IMG/VR virus record: IMGVR_UViG_3300009507_000024
Span: 1 to 53,744 of that record
Strand: one strand, 5' to 3'
DNA: 53,744 nucleotides
From: a virus
Lineage: Duplodnaviria > Caudoviricetes
Position numbers and translations under genes: made by a program. Shown here piece after piece: positions 19,306 to 28,618 of the stretch; the stretch's first letter is position 1; every line of letters starts with the position of its first letter. The notes beneath the pieces were generated by a model. The model did not search any database, was not told the DNA's origin, and saw only the letters and a program-made list of their open reading frames with translations.

Positions 19306-19661
19306 CAAGACTAGAAGGCGAAGTAAAAAAAGGTTGGGGCAGTGAAACTATTTTCGCTACTAATGATCTATATTGCGGTAAGCTACTAAACTTTAACAAA
19401 GGCGCAAAATTTAGTATGCACCTCCATAAAGAAAAAGATGAAACTTGGTACGCACTTAGTGGAAAGTATTTAATTACTATTATTAATACTAAAGATGCTA
19501 GTCAAAAAGAATTTACATTTAATCAAGGCGAAACGTGGCGCAACGAACCAATGCTGCCTCATCAAATTATGTGTATTGAAGCAGGTACAATTATTGAAGT
19601 AAGCACACCGGACAGTGTAGAGGACAATTACAGAGTAGGAAAAGGTGACAGTCAAAGATGA
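19302..19661 (+). CDS. Cupin-fold sugar isomerase-like protein
   Basis: YCGKLL, SMHLHKEKDETWY, PH, IEVST: D-lyxose/mannose-6-P isomerase-type cupin metal ligands; ATGA coupling to hldE. Confidence 0.75.
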   Translation: MTRLEGEVKKGWGSETIFATNDLYCGKLLNFNKGAKFSMHLHKEKDETWYALSGKYLITIINTKDASQKEFTFNQGETWRNEPMLPHQIMCIEAGTIIEVSTPDSVEDNYRVGKGDSQR

Positions 19662-20407
19662 GTAATTTATGGGTATTCGGTGACAGTTATACTGTACATA
19701 GTGATAAAAATAAAGATCTGTTATGGCCTTCTAAATTAGCAAAAAAGTTAGATGTTAAAAATTTTAATAATTGGAGTCAATATGGTGTATCAAACGAATA
19801 TATTTCATCCGGATTTAATTTACACTCCCGTAACATACAAAAAGATGACTACATTATTTTTATAGTTACCTGGAAAGGAAGAAATTGGTTCTTTGAAGAT
19901 CATCCCGAAATGTCTAACTTAAATATGGTAAATTCAGACGCTATAGTTAATAAAAAATACGGCCGAGAGGCTAAAAAAGCAGTAAAGTATTTTGAACAAT
20001 ATTTAGAAAGCGAACGGCTTGCAAATATAAAATTACAGTGGTATTACGGTTATCTTCAGTATTTAGAAACAATATTTCCAAACTTAATGATTATTCCTGC
20101 ATTTAATAACGAATTTCATTATGATAATAATTTCGAAGTAAAAGGGACTCTATTTGACATAGGATTTGACGAATACAAAACTGAAGAAATTGGAGAAGAA
20201 ATTTTTTTAAAAAAATGGAAAAGATTTGATATGAGAGCCGGACATATGTCAGTTGTAAATCATGATATTATGTGCAAAAAAATCTACGACACATTTACAA
20301 AAAATGTGCCGCTGGATTTAGATTCTGGATTTGAAAAAAACTTTATTAATTTACAAAACTATAATGAATTCGAAACAGTCGATAGAACTCATTTATTAGA
20401 TTTATAA
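19658..20407 (+). CDS. SGNH/GDSL-like hydrolase-fold protein
   Basis: N-terminal WVFGDSY, G.SN, C-terminal D.RAGHMS..NH. Confidence 0.6.
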   Translation: MSNLWVFGDSYTVHSDKNKDLLWPSKLAKKLDVKNFNNWSQYGVSNEYISSGFNLHSRNIQKDDYIIFIVTWKGRNWFFEDHPEMSNLNMVNSDAIVNKKYGREAKKAVKYFEQYLESERLANIKLQWYYGYLQYLETIFPNLMIIPAFNNEFHYDNNFEVKGTLFDIGFDEYKTEEIGEEIFLKKWKRFDMRAGHMSVVNHDIMCKKIYDTFTKNVPLDLDSGFEKNFINLQNYNEFETVDRTHLLDL

Positions 20408-21369
20408 GGATCGTAATCTGGATCATCATCCCATACTGGTTTAGATGCTAGACCGTCTCTTAAATCTTCCCAATTTGACGGCCTTCCTTTTTCCGGACGG
20501 AGATATAGATCTTCAGGTTTAAAATCAGGGTTGTCTCTAGGATCAGGCAATTCTGATTCAGCTTTTTCCCACGAAATATGATAGATTTGTTTTAACTTTA
20601 TTGTAACCCATTCTTTGTCATCATCATTCCATAATGTAATAAGTGATTCAGGATCATTTCTAGCCGACTGTGGTTCTTCTGGAGCCATATCTTGTACAGG
20701 GGGTTCTGGTACAACATCAGACTTTAATGTCATATTGACTTTGTACTTTACCTTATGATTTGCCATTTGAACACTTTCTCTAGCAGGAAATCTTTCAGGC
20801 ATGTCTTCTTCATCAACAAAATAATCTACTTCTGCATAATATTTTGAAAATTTATACAACAGCCAATGCTGATTGGCATACCATTTTTTTAAGTTCATGT
20901 TAAACATATGATGTATTCTCCGTATATTAACTGGTTCCCATTCTTCGTCATCAGCATCCCATACTGTAATTGTAGCTTCAGAACTATCAGGATCATTAGA
21001 TGGTGCGTTGCCGCCGCATGGAACTATGTCAGGACGTAAAGTCATAACATAAGACTTTACAGTGTCGGCTGGATGATTTACACGTAGATCACTAGGAACT
21101 TGTCCTCCGCCTTTTCTTTGAGGGATGTGTCCTCCAGTTTCTATGTAGCATATATTGTTTTCTAGAAGGTATAAAAAATGCGGTTTCATCATTTTTACTT
21201 CTTCATCGGTAAGATATTCTTCTGCCGATTCTGGATACTTTGCTGCCCACTCAGCATCGCTCATTACTTTTAAATCTTCGTCCATTTGTTTTGAGATAGG
21301 ATCTTGTTCTAACTCGTTTAGTCTTCTTGTGTATAGATCAACTTCTTCTTCTTCATTACTATATTTCAT
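20389..21369 (-). CDS. Acidic hypothetical protein with two WYL_2/DUF2693-like (SH3-like) repeats
   Basis: Internal duplication MTLRPDIVP...NDP....ITVWD.DDEEW...IRRIHH / MTLKSDVVP...NDP...ITLWNDDDKEW...LKQIYH. Confidence 0.5.
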   Translation of the reverse strand: MKYSNEEEEVDLYTRRLNELEQDPISKQMDEDLKVMSDAEWAAKYPESAEEYLTDEEVKMMKPHFLYLLENNICYIETGGHIPQRKGGGQVPSDLRVNHPADTVKSYVMTLRPDIVPCGGNAPSNDPDSSEATITVWDADDEEWEPVNIRRIHHMFNMNLKKWYANQHWLLYKFSKYYAEVDYFVDEEDMPERFPARESVQMANHKVKYKVNMTLKSDVVPEPPVQDMAPEEPQSARNDPESLITLWNDDDKEWVTIKLKQIYHISWEKAESELPDPRDNPDFKPEDLYLRPEKGRPSNWEDLRDGLASKPVWDDDPDYDPYKSNK

Positions 21370-21377
21370 TTGTTTTC

Positions 21378-23003
21378 CTACAATAATTTATTTTCATCTA
21401 CAAAATATAAGTGATTTAACTCACTGTTATTTAATACTTCTAATGCTTGTAATTTTGTTTGCACCAACGGCTGTCCTGCTAGATTAAAACTAGTATTAAG
21501 TAACATCGGACAGCCTGTTAATTTATAAAATTCTTGTAATAAATCATATAAAAATCCATTATTTACTGTTTGTATTCTGCATGTTGAATCTACATGTACT
21601 ATACCAGGAACCATATTTAAAGTATGAGGTTTAGCATTGAAATTTATAGTCATGTATTCTGATTTCTGATATCCCAATGTATCAAAATATTCTTCAAAAT
21701 ATTCTTCTAATATTACGCCTGCAAATGGCCTATACCATTCTCTATTTTTAATTCTATTAACTATTTCTTTAGTGTCAGCATTTCTAGGATCAAACAATAT
21801 CGATCTATGTCCTAAAGCCCTTGGACCTGCTTCTGGACTACCGTTAAAAACAGCTAAAGATTTTTTATTAATTAGTATATCACATAGCTCTTTTATATTT
21901 GTTGTACTTCCCTTATTTACTACAGTGTCATTGTAGTAATGATAAAAATTGTTATCAACACCTTCTACCCAAGTATTAGTGTTTTCATATTGTTTTAATA
22001 TAGTAGCACCTAAACTTATTCCTGTATCGTCAGCATTAGGTTCAAAATAGAAATTTACATCAGGTAAATTTTTAATATAGAAATTATTAGCTACTACATT
22101 TAACCCGTATCCTCCTACTATACATACATTTTTTACACCAGTCTCATTAACATATTTTTTTATCAACGATAACATTTCATTTTGAGTTTCTACTTGTACT
22201 TGTTTAGCTTTATCAGCATAGTACATGTAGTTATTTTCATTAACATCATCAGTGATGTAATTTATACTATCGGAAAAAGTTACTCCTAACTCATTTCCAA
22301 TATAGCCAGTAAATTTTTCACTAATAGGCATATTATCAACAAATAAGTTTTCAAAATTATCTTTTGTGCTATACGAAGATAATCCCATAGTTTTACCATT
22401 TTCTAAAGGATGTTGTCCTATTAGTGTAGTTGCAGCTTCATATACTTTAACAACCGAATACTCACTATCACAAACTACTTTGCAGTCATAATATTCCTGT
22501 ATATTATTCTTAATAATATGTTTTTGATTTGTTGGACCTGTTATAAAAAAGTTTTTTTGTAAATGATTAATACTATCTTTATTAACTCTATACACGCTTT
22601 CACATTCTCTTGCAACATCGTGACCATCTATATAAAAAGACGAGCCGTTTCTATCAACAACAAACACTAATGCTTCATCAAAGTTACTATTTGAATATGC
22701 TAAAGCCATATGACAATCATGATGTTTTAAATCAGAATAATTTTCCATTCTTTTATCAAAAATTTTATTAATATACATTGATAAAATACCTTCAACATCA
22801 TGTTGAGAATTTGAAGGAGTGCAATAAAGGACATGATCTATGTGTTTTGTGTTAAGAGACCGAAACAACTCTAAAGATTTAAAAGGTACTTGATCTCTTT
22901 TTACACCAGTAAGGCGTTCTTCCTTACAAAAGAACTCTATCTTTCCGTTGTCAATACAACATACTGACGAATCGTGTGCAACAGAAAATGCAAGTATTCT
23001 CAT
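21378..23003 (-). CDS. O-carbamoyltransferase (NodU/CmcH/TobZ family), copy 2
   Basis: HDSS, EERLT..K, HHDCH, GKTMGLSSY, GGYGLNVVAN, EAGPRALGHRSI, IKNREWYRPFA, HVDSTCRIQTV, LNTSFNLAG. Confidence 0.92.
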   Translation of the reverse strand: MRILAFSVAHDSSVCCIDNGKIEFFCKEERLTGVKRDQVPFKSLELFRSLNTKHIDHVLYCTPSNSQHDVEGILSMYINKIFDKRMENYSDLKHHDCHMALAYSNSNFDEALVFVVDRNGSSFYIDGHDVARECESVYRVNKDSINHLQKNFFITGPTNQKHIIKNNIQEYYDCKVVCDSEYSVVKVYEAATTLIGQHPLENGKTMGLSSYSTKDNFENLFVDNMPISEKFTGYIGNELGVTFSDSINYITDDVNENNYMYYADKAKQVQVETQNEMLSLIKKYVNETGVKNVCIVGGYGLNVVANNFYIKNLPDVNFYFEPNADDTGISLGATILKQYENTNTWVEGVDNNFYHYYNDTVVNKGSTTNIKELCDILINKKSLAVFNGSPEAGPRALGHRSILFDPRNADTKEIVNRIKNREWYRPFAGVILEEYFEEYFDTLGYQKSEYMTINFNAKPHTLNMVPGIVHVDSTCRIQTVNNGFLYDLLQEFYKLTGCPMLLNTSFNLAGQPLVQTKLQALEVLNNSELNHLYFVDENKLL

Positions 23004-24863
23004 TTACTTTTCCTGATTTTTTATATAAATTAGTTTTTTATATTCAGGAAGATACAAGTATTCAATATCACTCTTATCTAGTGTATGAAAGGCGTCTTCA
23101 AGTGTTTCCACTAAAGGATCTCCTCCGAGATTAAAACTAGTATTAAAAATAATAGGGCATCCTGTTTTTTCATAAAATGCCTTTATCAACTTATAATAGT
23201 TTGGATTTTCATCTTCTGTAACAGTTTGAATCCGGCAAGTTCCATCAACATGAATGATACTAGGAATTTTTTCTTGTATTCCAGGTTGGCAATTTACAGC
23301 ATACATCATATGAGGAGTCTCGTCTATACCTCTTAGATCGAACCATTCATGTACATGTTCTTTAAGAATTGATCCTGCAAAAGGCCTAAAGTATTCTCTC
23401 TTCTTAACTGTATTAACAAAATCTTTCCCATTTGGATCTGTTGGATCATACATAATACTTCTATTACCTAAAGCTCTCGGACCATTTTCACATCTTCCTT
23501 GGAATATAGTTACAATATTCTTGTCAGTTATTAAATCTACAATTTCCGAATCTGTAATGTCATTAGTAACTGTTGCGTTATATTTCGAACCTAAGATATC
23601 GAAATCAGAGTCTAAATAATTATACTCTGGTCCCAAGTATAATGTAGAATCTAGATTTTCAACATTTCCAGTACTTAAATAATACGCCCAATATGCAGCG
23701 CCTAATGCTGTGCCCGCATCATTTGATATAGGTTCGATATACAGTTCTATGCCTTCATCTTTTAGTTCTTCTAAATAATGATAGTTAGCAACACAATTTA
23801 ATCCATAGCCACCAGTAATTACAACTTTTTTATTTCCAGTCATTTCTACTGATTTTCTAATCATATCTAAAACAGCATCTTGTGATTGTGTTTGACAAGC
23901 ATATGCAATATCTTTTGATATTGAATAATCGTAGGTTTTCTTTCCTTCTGCATACTCTTCATGGTTTATATTTTTATCTATATAAAGCTCTTCGTTTAGA
24001 GATGCTCCATTTGGATATTTTGGAATAACCCAATTGTTATTAACTAACGGCCAATGGGTAAAGTCTTTATCATAAAAGCTAGGAATATCTTTGTTTTCTT
24101 TACCGTAGGGAAATAATCCCATGGTCTTTCCTGCTTCAATACTTTGCCAGCCACAATACAATGTAGAAGCTTCATATGCTTTTACAGTTCCGGCTCGATT
24201 TGTAAGTAACGAAGTAAATTTTGCATTTGGTTCAAATTCTAACATATGTCCGAGAACAGTTGCATCTACAGTATCTAATATTCCTGTAATAGATTCTCGT
24301 GTTCCAATATGCTTGAATACAGTATGTATAACACCATCTGACTTAATATCACCTCTATATACAGACTCAACTTCGTAACCCACAAATTGTTCACCGCCCA
24401 TTGTAAGAGGTATAAATGTTCCTGCACCATCTACTACTAAAATTGTAGCATCTTCCCAGCCACTCCTTAATAGTCCGCACCATGCATGTAATTTATGATG
24501 CTCCATTGCAAAATCAAATACTTGACTATGATTTTGCGGAACACGACTATTTTCTGGTTCGTGTTTAATTAGCCCTAACTTTCGCAAAATTCCCATATAT
24601 GTGTTATCACCACACCATTCGAGATTGTTTGTAGGACCGTTTCTTCCGTCTAATGTTTGTGTATGAGCAAAGGCTACATAGTCTAGTTTATCAGTATAAT
24701 CTAAAATACGTTGTATCGCAGCAAAAGGTGCGCCGTCGTACTTGTATCTAGTAAAACGTTCTTCTTCTATGCTAAAAACTATTTTGCCATTTTTTAATAA
24801 ACAGACGCCGCCGTTGTGACCTCTAGTTATTCCAGCAATCCAAATATCTTTATTTTTTTCCAT
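23004..24863 (-). CDS. O-carbamoyltransferase (NodU/CmcH/TobZ family), copy 1
   Basis: EEERFTRYK, HHKLHA, VVDGAG, AGKTMGL.PYG, GGYGLNCVAN, DAGTALGAA, GPRALGNRSI, KKREYFRPFA, HVDGTCRIQTV, NTSFN. Confidence 0.94.
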   Translation of the reverse strand: MEKNKDIWIAGITRGHNGGVCLLKNGKIVFSIEEERFTRYKYDGAPFAAIQRILDYTDKLDYVAFAHTQTLDGRNGPTNNLEWCGDNTYMGILRKLGLIKHEPENSRVPQNHSQVFDFAMEHHKLHAWCGLLRSGWEDATILVVDGAGTFIPLTMGGEQFVGYEVESVYRGDIKSDGVIHTVFKHIGTRESITGILDTVDATVLGHMLEFEPNAKFTSLLTNRAGTVKAYEASTLYCGWQSIEAGKTMGLFPYGKENKDIPSFYDKDFTHWPLVNNNWVIPKYPNGASLNEELYIDKNINHEEYAEGKKTYDYSISKDIAYACQTQSQDAVLDMIRKSVEMTGNKKVVITGGYGLNCVANYHYLEELKDEGIELYIEPISNDAGTALGAAYWAYYLSTGNVENLDSTLYLGPEYNYLDSDFDILGSKYNATVTNDITDSEIVDLITDKNIVTIFQGRCENGPRALGNRSIMYDPTDPNGKDFVNTVKKREYFRPFAGSILKEHVHEWFDLRGIDETPHMMYAVNCQPGIQEKIPSIIHVDGTCRIQTVTEDENPNYYKLIKAFYEKTGCPIIFNTSFNLGGDPLVETLEDAFHTLDKSDIEYLYLPEYKKLIYIKNQEK

Positions 24864-25863
24864 TTTTTGTTCCTAGTCCAGAAAGATTTGGTAATGATTT
24901 TACATTTGATTGTGTTTTTACTGTTGTCGGTGTTCTTTTTTCTATTGATTTATAAATTTTACTATACACATCTTTTCTATCGCCGATTTTCATACATCTA
25001 TCATTATTACGTTCAATTTCTTCATCCATTGCAATTCGTATAGGTGAATAACGTTTATTGCCTTCGTCTATGTCAATTATATCTACGTTACTACTATTAA
25101 CATACGATGTATTAATAGCAAATGTAGATCCTAAAACAACAGTAGTAGGTGTATCTAATGAATGAGCAAGATGTTGCCCTACACTATCACAACCTAAAAA
25201 ATGATCTGAATTTTTTATAATACCGGACCACTCTCTAAGTCCTATATTTTGAGGATGACTTACAGGTTCTTTGCATCCTAGATCGCTAAAGGGAACACTA
25301 AACTCGCTCATTAGCATAATAGCATAACCTTTTTCTTGTAGCTTAGAAGCTATTTCGGCAGCTTCCATAACATCAAAACTTCTGCCGCCTGAATCATAAA
25401 CAAACCCATTAACATTGTTACTACTTCTGCCAAATGGCTGAAATACAATTACTTTGTCTTTTTTAGTTTTTTCTCTAACTTCTTTAACAGCAAGAAACCC
25501 TTTTACATCTTCGTCAGTGTTTAACTCAAGTGTAGATTTTGGTAATTCTCGTATGCCTTTATTATTAATTTGTATATCAAATGCTTGAGCAAGGCTGCAC
25601 TCTTGATTATAATATTCCCATACCCTGTATGGTTCTGTTGATACACAATTTCTTTGTTTTATTTTTTCTTCGAAAAGCCCTTTGTGATTTACATCATAGC
25701 AGCGAGAATGTAACACGGAATGATTTTTGAACATATCCATTCCGCCTTCGCAAATAATGATAAAATCGTCATCTGGATTTTCTTTAGCAAAAAGTTCGAG
25801 CGCTGGAATAGAGCTTATTACTCTTCCAGCGCCTCCGTTGATAAAAAATGCTGAGCTTCTCAT
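24850..25863 (-). CDS. GT9-like glycosyltransferase (ADP-heptose heptosyltransferase fold)
   Basis: N-terminal GGAGRVISSIPAL; C-terminal LREW.GIIKNSDHFLGCDS.GQHLAHSL..P..VVLGST matches the GT9 G.DS...H.A signature. Confidence 0.75.
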   Translation of the reverse strand: MRSSAFFINGGAGRVISSIPALELFAKENPDDDFIIICEGGMDMFKNHSVLHSRCYDVNHKGLFEEKIKQRNCVSTEPYRVWEYYNQECSLAQAFDIQINNKGIRELPKSTLELNTDEDVKGFLAVKEVREKTKKDKVIVFQPFGRSSNNVNGFVYDSGGRSFDVMEAAEIASKLQEKGYAIMLMSEFSVPFSDLGCKEPVSHPQNIGLREWSGIIKNSDHFLGCDSVGQHLAHSLDTPTTVVLGSTFAINTSYVNSSNVDIIDIDEGNKRYSPIRIAMDEEIERNNDRCMKIGDRKDVYSKIYKSIEKRTPTTVKTQSNVKSLPNLSGLGTKNGKK

Positions 25864-25890
25864 GATTTTCCTTTATAACAATTATAACAA

Positions 25891-25898
25891 TACTTATA
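25891..25898 (-). promoter_or_regulatory. Late-promoter variant upstream of the GT9-carbamoyltransferase operon
   Basis: TATAAGTA on the minus strand, one mismatch from T4 TATAAATA, 28 nt before the ATG; AAGGA SD. Confidence 0.5.
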
Positions 25899-25928
25899 TT
25901 GTTGGTTTAAAAGGAAATTTAAAAGCGG

Positions 25929-26627
25929 TTAGCTTACGTCACGTTCTCTAAATGAACCACCTAATTCTATATCTACAATATTAGGAATAGTAAGCTTATG
26001 CCTCGGAACAGTTGTAAGCAAATCGTCTTTAATCCAATTACATATTTCCGAATGTCTTTTCCATAACTTAGTTTCTGCAACAGTATTTGCATTGTCGCCG
26101 TGATCCCAAGATCTTTGAGCTGCTCGTGTTAATGCATGTATTAACTCTTCGTCAGTGTTATTGTCTTGCTCTCTAAAGTTATAACTTATTACATTTTCAG
26201 GATTTATTCTAATACTATCGGCATCGATTATCTGCTGAGGGTCAATAGGATTGTCTTCTTCATGCTTTAATTCAAAAGTTGAATCGTCGCTAAATGTATA
26301 AGTTGCAATAGTTTCAGTTATAGGATTGATATTCTCTTCTACTGTTTCTCCTGCAAGGACTTGCATAATAACAATATGATCATCATTGCTTGCATTAAGT
26401 ACCATGTATCTATCAGTAGTTTCCGGATCATCGTCGATAGGACCTTCTTCAATATCCTCCCAATCATCATCTTCAAGAGGCAAATGCTCTATACTGACAC
26501 GTTCATCGTGTGATATTACAACTAATAACTTTTGCGGACCAGTATATGTACAAGTTACAGTTTCTTCTGCACTTGTTACATCTAACAGTTCCGAAGGTTT
26601 TTTATATGTATAAGTTTTTGTTATCAT
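25929..26627 (-). CDS. Hypothetical acidic protein, possible chaperone/partner of the Cys-rich fibre protein
   Basis: 232-aa ORF with AAGGA SD directly downstream of the Cys-rich gene; role inferred from position only. Confidence 0.6.
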   Translation of the reverse strand: MITKTYTYKKPSELLDVTSAEETVTCTYTGPQKLLVVISHDERVSIEHLPLEDDDWEDIEEGPIDDDPETTDRYMVLNASNDDHIVIMQVLAGETVEENINPITETIATYTFSDDSTFELKHEEDNPIDPQQIIDADSIRINPENVISYNFREQDNNTDEELIHALTRAAQRSWDHGDNANTVAETKLWKRHSEICNWIKDDLLTTVPRHKLTIPNIVDIELGGSFRERDVS

Positions 26628-26637
26628 TTTTTATCCT

Positions 26638-27570
26638 TTATGTGTCGATCGAGGTGATAATAAGACCAGCTGATCCACGTCCGCCATAGCAGCAAGGGCC
26701 GCCACAGGCACCACCGTTTGAGCCGCCTCCGCCTGGAACAAAACCAACACATCCATGTCTTGCATATGAACTTGTACCCCAGCATTTGCCATGGCCGCCG
26801 CCTGCGTAAGATGCACCGCCTACACCGTGACAACAGTTTTGTCTTGAACCGCAGCTCCAGCCGTTGGTGCCTCCACCTACACTATTTTCAACTAAGTATG
26901 CACAATGACCGATTCCATTCCATGGACCGCATGTACAAGGTGTTAGACAGAATTTATCTAATATAGCAACACCACTACCACCGCCGCTACCTCCTATTGT
27001 TCCACCTGGATCGAACTGACATACACTGTCGCTGTGATTACAGTTTTGACTAATACCACTTGAGCCACCACTGGTTTGCCCTTCTTCAATACTTGCTGTA
27101 CTAATCCAACAATCGTTACAGGTGTTATCTGTAATAACATACCAACACTCTGTGCCGCCTGGAAGGCAGCCACCGCCTTGTATTGAACAGTGTCCTAGAC
27201 CACATATGCACATTCTACTAAACTGACCGCAGTGTCCGCAGCAACCATCTGTGTCGCCGCAACAGTAACAGTAACATGCACAGAAACATAGTTGTCTGTT
27301 TGAGCTACATGCTAAGTAACTGATTCTTACACCTGAATAACCTGATGCTGCACCTCCATCTACGCCGCCTTGGCAGCAAAATGCTGGGGCACCACCGCCA
27401 CCTTGACCCCACATTTCATATGCGTAATAGTCAGTGCTGGTTGGAATACACTGGCAGCAGCTTGAACAACAACTAAATGTCCATTTTTGGTATGTTGAGC
27501 CGTGTGTAATTCTTTCAGGTTCTGCGGATGATCCAAAGGATCTCTCGAAAAAATCTTTAATTGATGCCAT
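26638..27570 (-). CDS. Cys/Gly-rich fibre-tip-like protein
   Basis: 38 Cys in 310 aa with many CC pairs, on the Gly-rich phage fibre scaffold E.WGQGGGG...PGGGG...GG.G.AGLIII. Confidence 0.75.
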   Translation of the reverse strand: MASIKDFFERSFGSSAEPERITHGSTYQKWTFSCCSSCCQCIPTSTDYYAYEMWGQGGGGAPAFCCQGGVDGGAASGYSGVRISYLACSSNRQLCFCACYCYCCGDTDGCCGHCGQFSRMCICGLGHCSIQGGGCLPGGTECWYVITDNTCNDCWISTASIEEGQTSGGSSGISQNCNHSDSVCQFDPGGTIGGSGGGSGVAILDKFCLTPCTCGPWNGIGHCAYLVENSVGGGTNGWSCGSRQNCCHGVGGASYAGGGHGKCWGTSSYARHGCVGFVPGGGGSNGGACGGPCCYGGRGSAGLIITSIDT

Positions 27571-27589
27571 GTCTGTTTCCTATTTCCTA

Positions 27590-28606
27590 TTATAGTATGT
27601 TAGTTATCCACCAGCCGGTGCCAGTTATATATACTAATTCTAAATTAATTTCATTTACATCCAGAGTTAAATTATCTGCTACACCCATGATGTTTTGACC
27701 ATTTCTAGAAACTGTACAAGCATTAGTTCCAAAGTTTCTAGCATAATCAACTATTCTAATTCTTGTTCCGGCTGCTGGGGAAGACGGTAGTGTCATTGTA
27801 ATTGCAGCAGATCCTGTATTTACAAAGTATCCATATTGCGGGGTCATTGTAGTATTAGTTGTAACTAGTGTCCAATCTAGACCGCCTACTAAATCTGCAT
27901 AATTTTTATTTGCAGCATCGGTATCACTCGATACAGTATCAACACCTTGAATTCTACCAGTTCCGCTTAATACAAGACTACCGTTTCCGATTGTTACTGT
28001 GCCGCCGGTTCTTATTTGCTTTGCTACTCCAATACCACCTGGTACAACTAAAGCACCATTTCCGGTGCCAGAAGTGTCAGTTGTTGCAGTTAGTATTACT
28101 TCACTATTAGTATTTTGTCCTAATCTGATGTTTCCGCCACCGTTTGGATAAATTCTAATATCTTGTCCAGAACCATCTAAAATAGTAATTGTACCACTGT
28201 TTGATCCGGCATTTGTGCTTAATGTTAAATCGCCCGTACCCCAAGTAGTAAGTGTAGTGTTTGCGTTTTGGTCACCTATTCTAGTTGTATCTGCGTTTAA
28301 ACGTACATCGCCTGTACCGCTAGGTGTTATAGTAATACTTTGGTTGTTACCATCTGGAATAGTAATTGTACCACTATTTGAACCTGCGTTAGTATGAATG
28401 GTAAGATCGCCTGTACCCCAAGTAGTAAGTATAGCGTTTCCGTTTTGGTCACCTATTCGTAATGTATCCGTACCTAAATTCACATTGCCTGTACCATTAG
28501 GCATGATCATTATATCTTCGTTTGGTATGATAGAGTTAAAGGTATTGTCAATAATTTGTAATCGACTAATTTCACCAATTCTACCAGGGTTAAACTTTCT
28601 TGCCAT
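27590..28606 (-). CDS. Tail-fibre-like protein with a 59-aa tandem duplication
   Basis: PNGTGNV repeats, GALVVPGGIGV, DAANKNY, and a C-terminal T.TLPSSPAAG..I.I.D domain typical of phage fibre/baseplate proteins. Confidence 0.75.
   Translation of the reverse strand: MARKFNPGRIGEISRLQIIDNTFNSIIPNEDIMIMPNGTGNVNLGTDTLRIGDQNGNAILTTWGTGDLTIHTNAGSNSGTITIPDGNNQSITITPSGTGDVRLNADTTRIGDQNANTTLTTWGTGDLTLSTNAGSNSGTITILDGSGQDIRIYPNGGGNIRLGQNTNSEVILTATTDTSGTGNGALVVPGGIGVAKQIRTGGTVTIGNGSLVLSGTGRIQGVDTVSSDTDAANKNYADLVGGLDWTLVTTNTTMTPQYGYFVNTGSAAITMTLPSSPAAGTRIRIVDYARNFGTNACTVSRNGQNIMGVADNLTLDVNEINLELVYITGTGWWITNIL
28140..28500 (-). repeat. 177-bp tandem duplication in the fibre gene
   Basis: CGTTTTGGTCACCTATTC at 28264 and 28441; RIGDQN....LTTWGTGDLT..TNAGSNSGTITI.DG occurs twice; outer limits approximate. 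Confidence 0.85.
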
Positions 28607-28618
28607 TTTTCTTCCTTT

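Noticed and set aside
23001-23006. In-frame TAA-ATG junctions (here and at 12837-12842) as readthrough fusions
   Set aside because: TAA is a poor readthrough codon, each protein is complete, and SD-like AGGA/AAGG lies upstream; translational coupling explains them.
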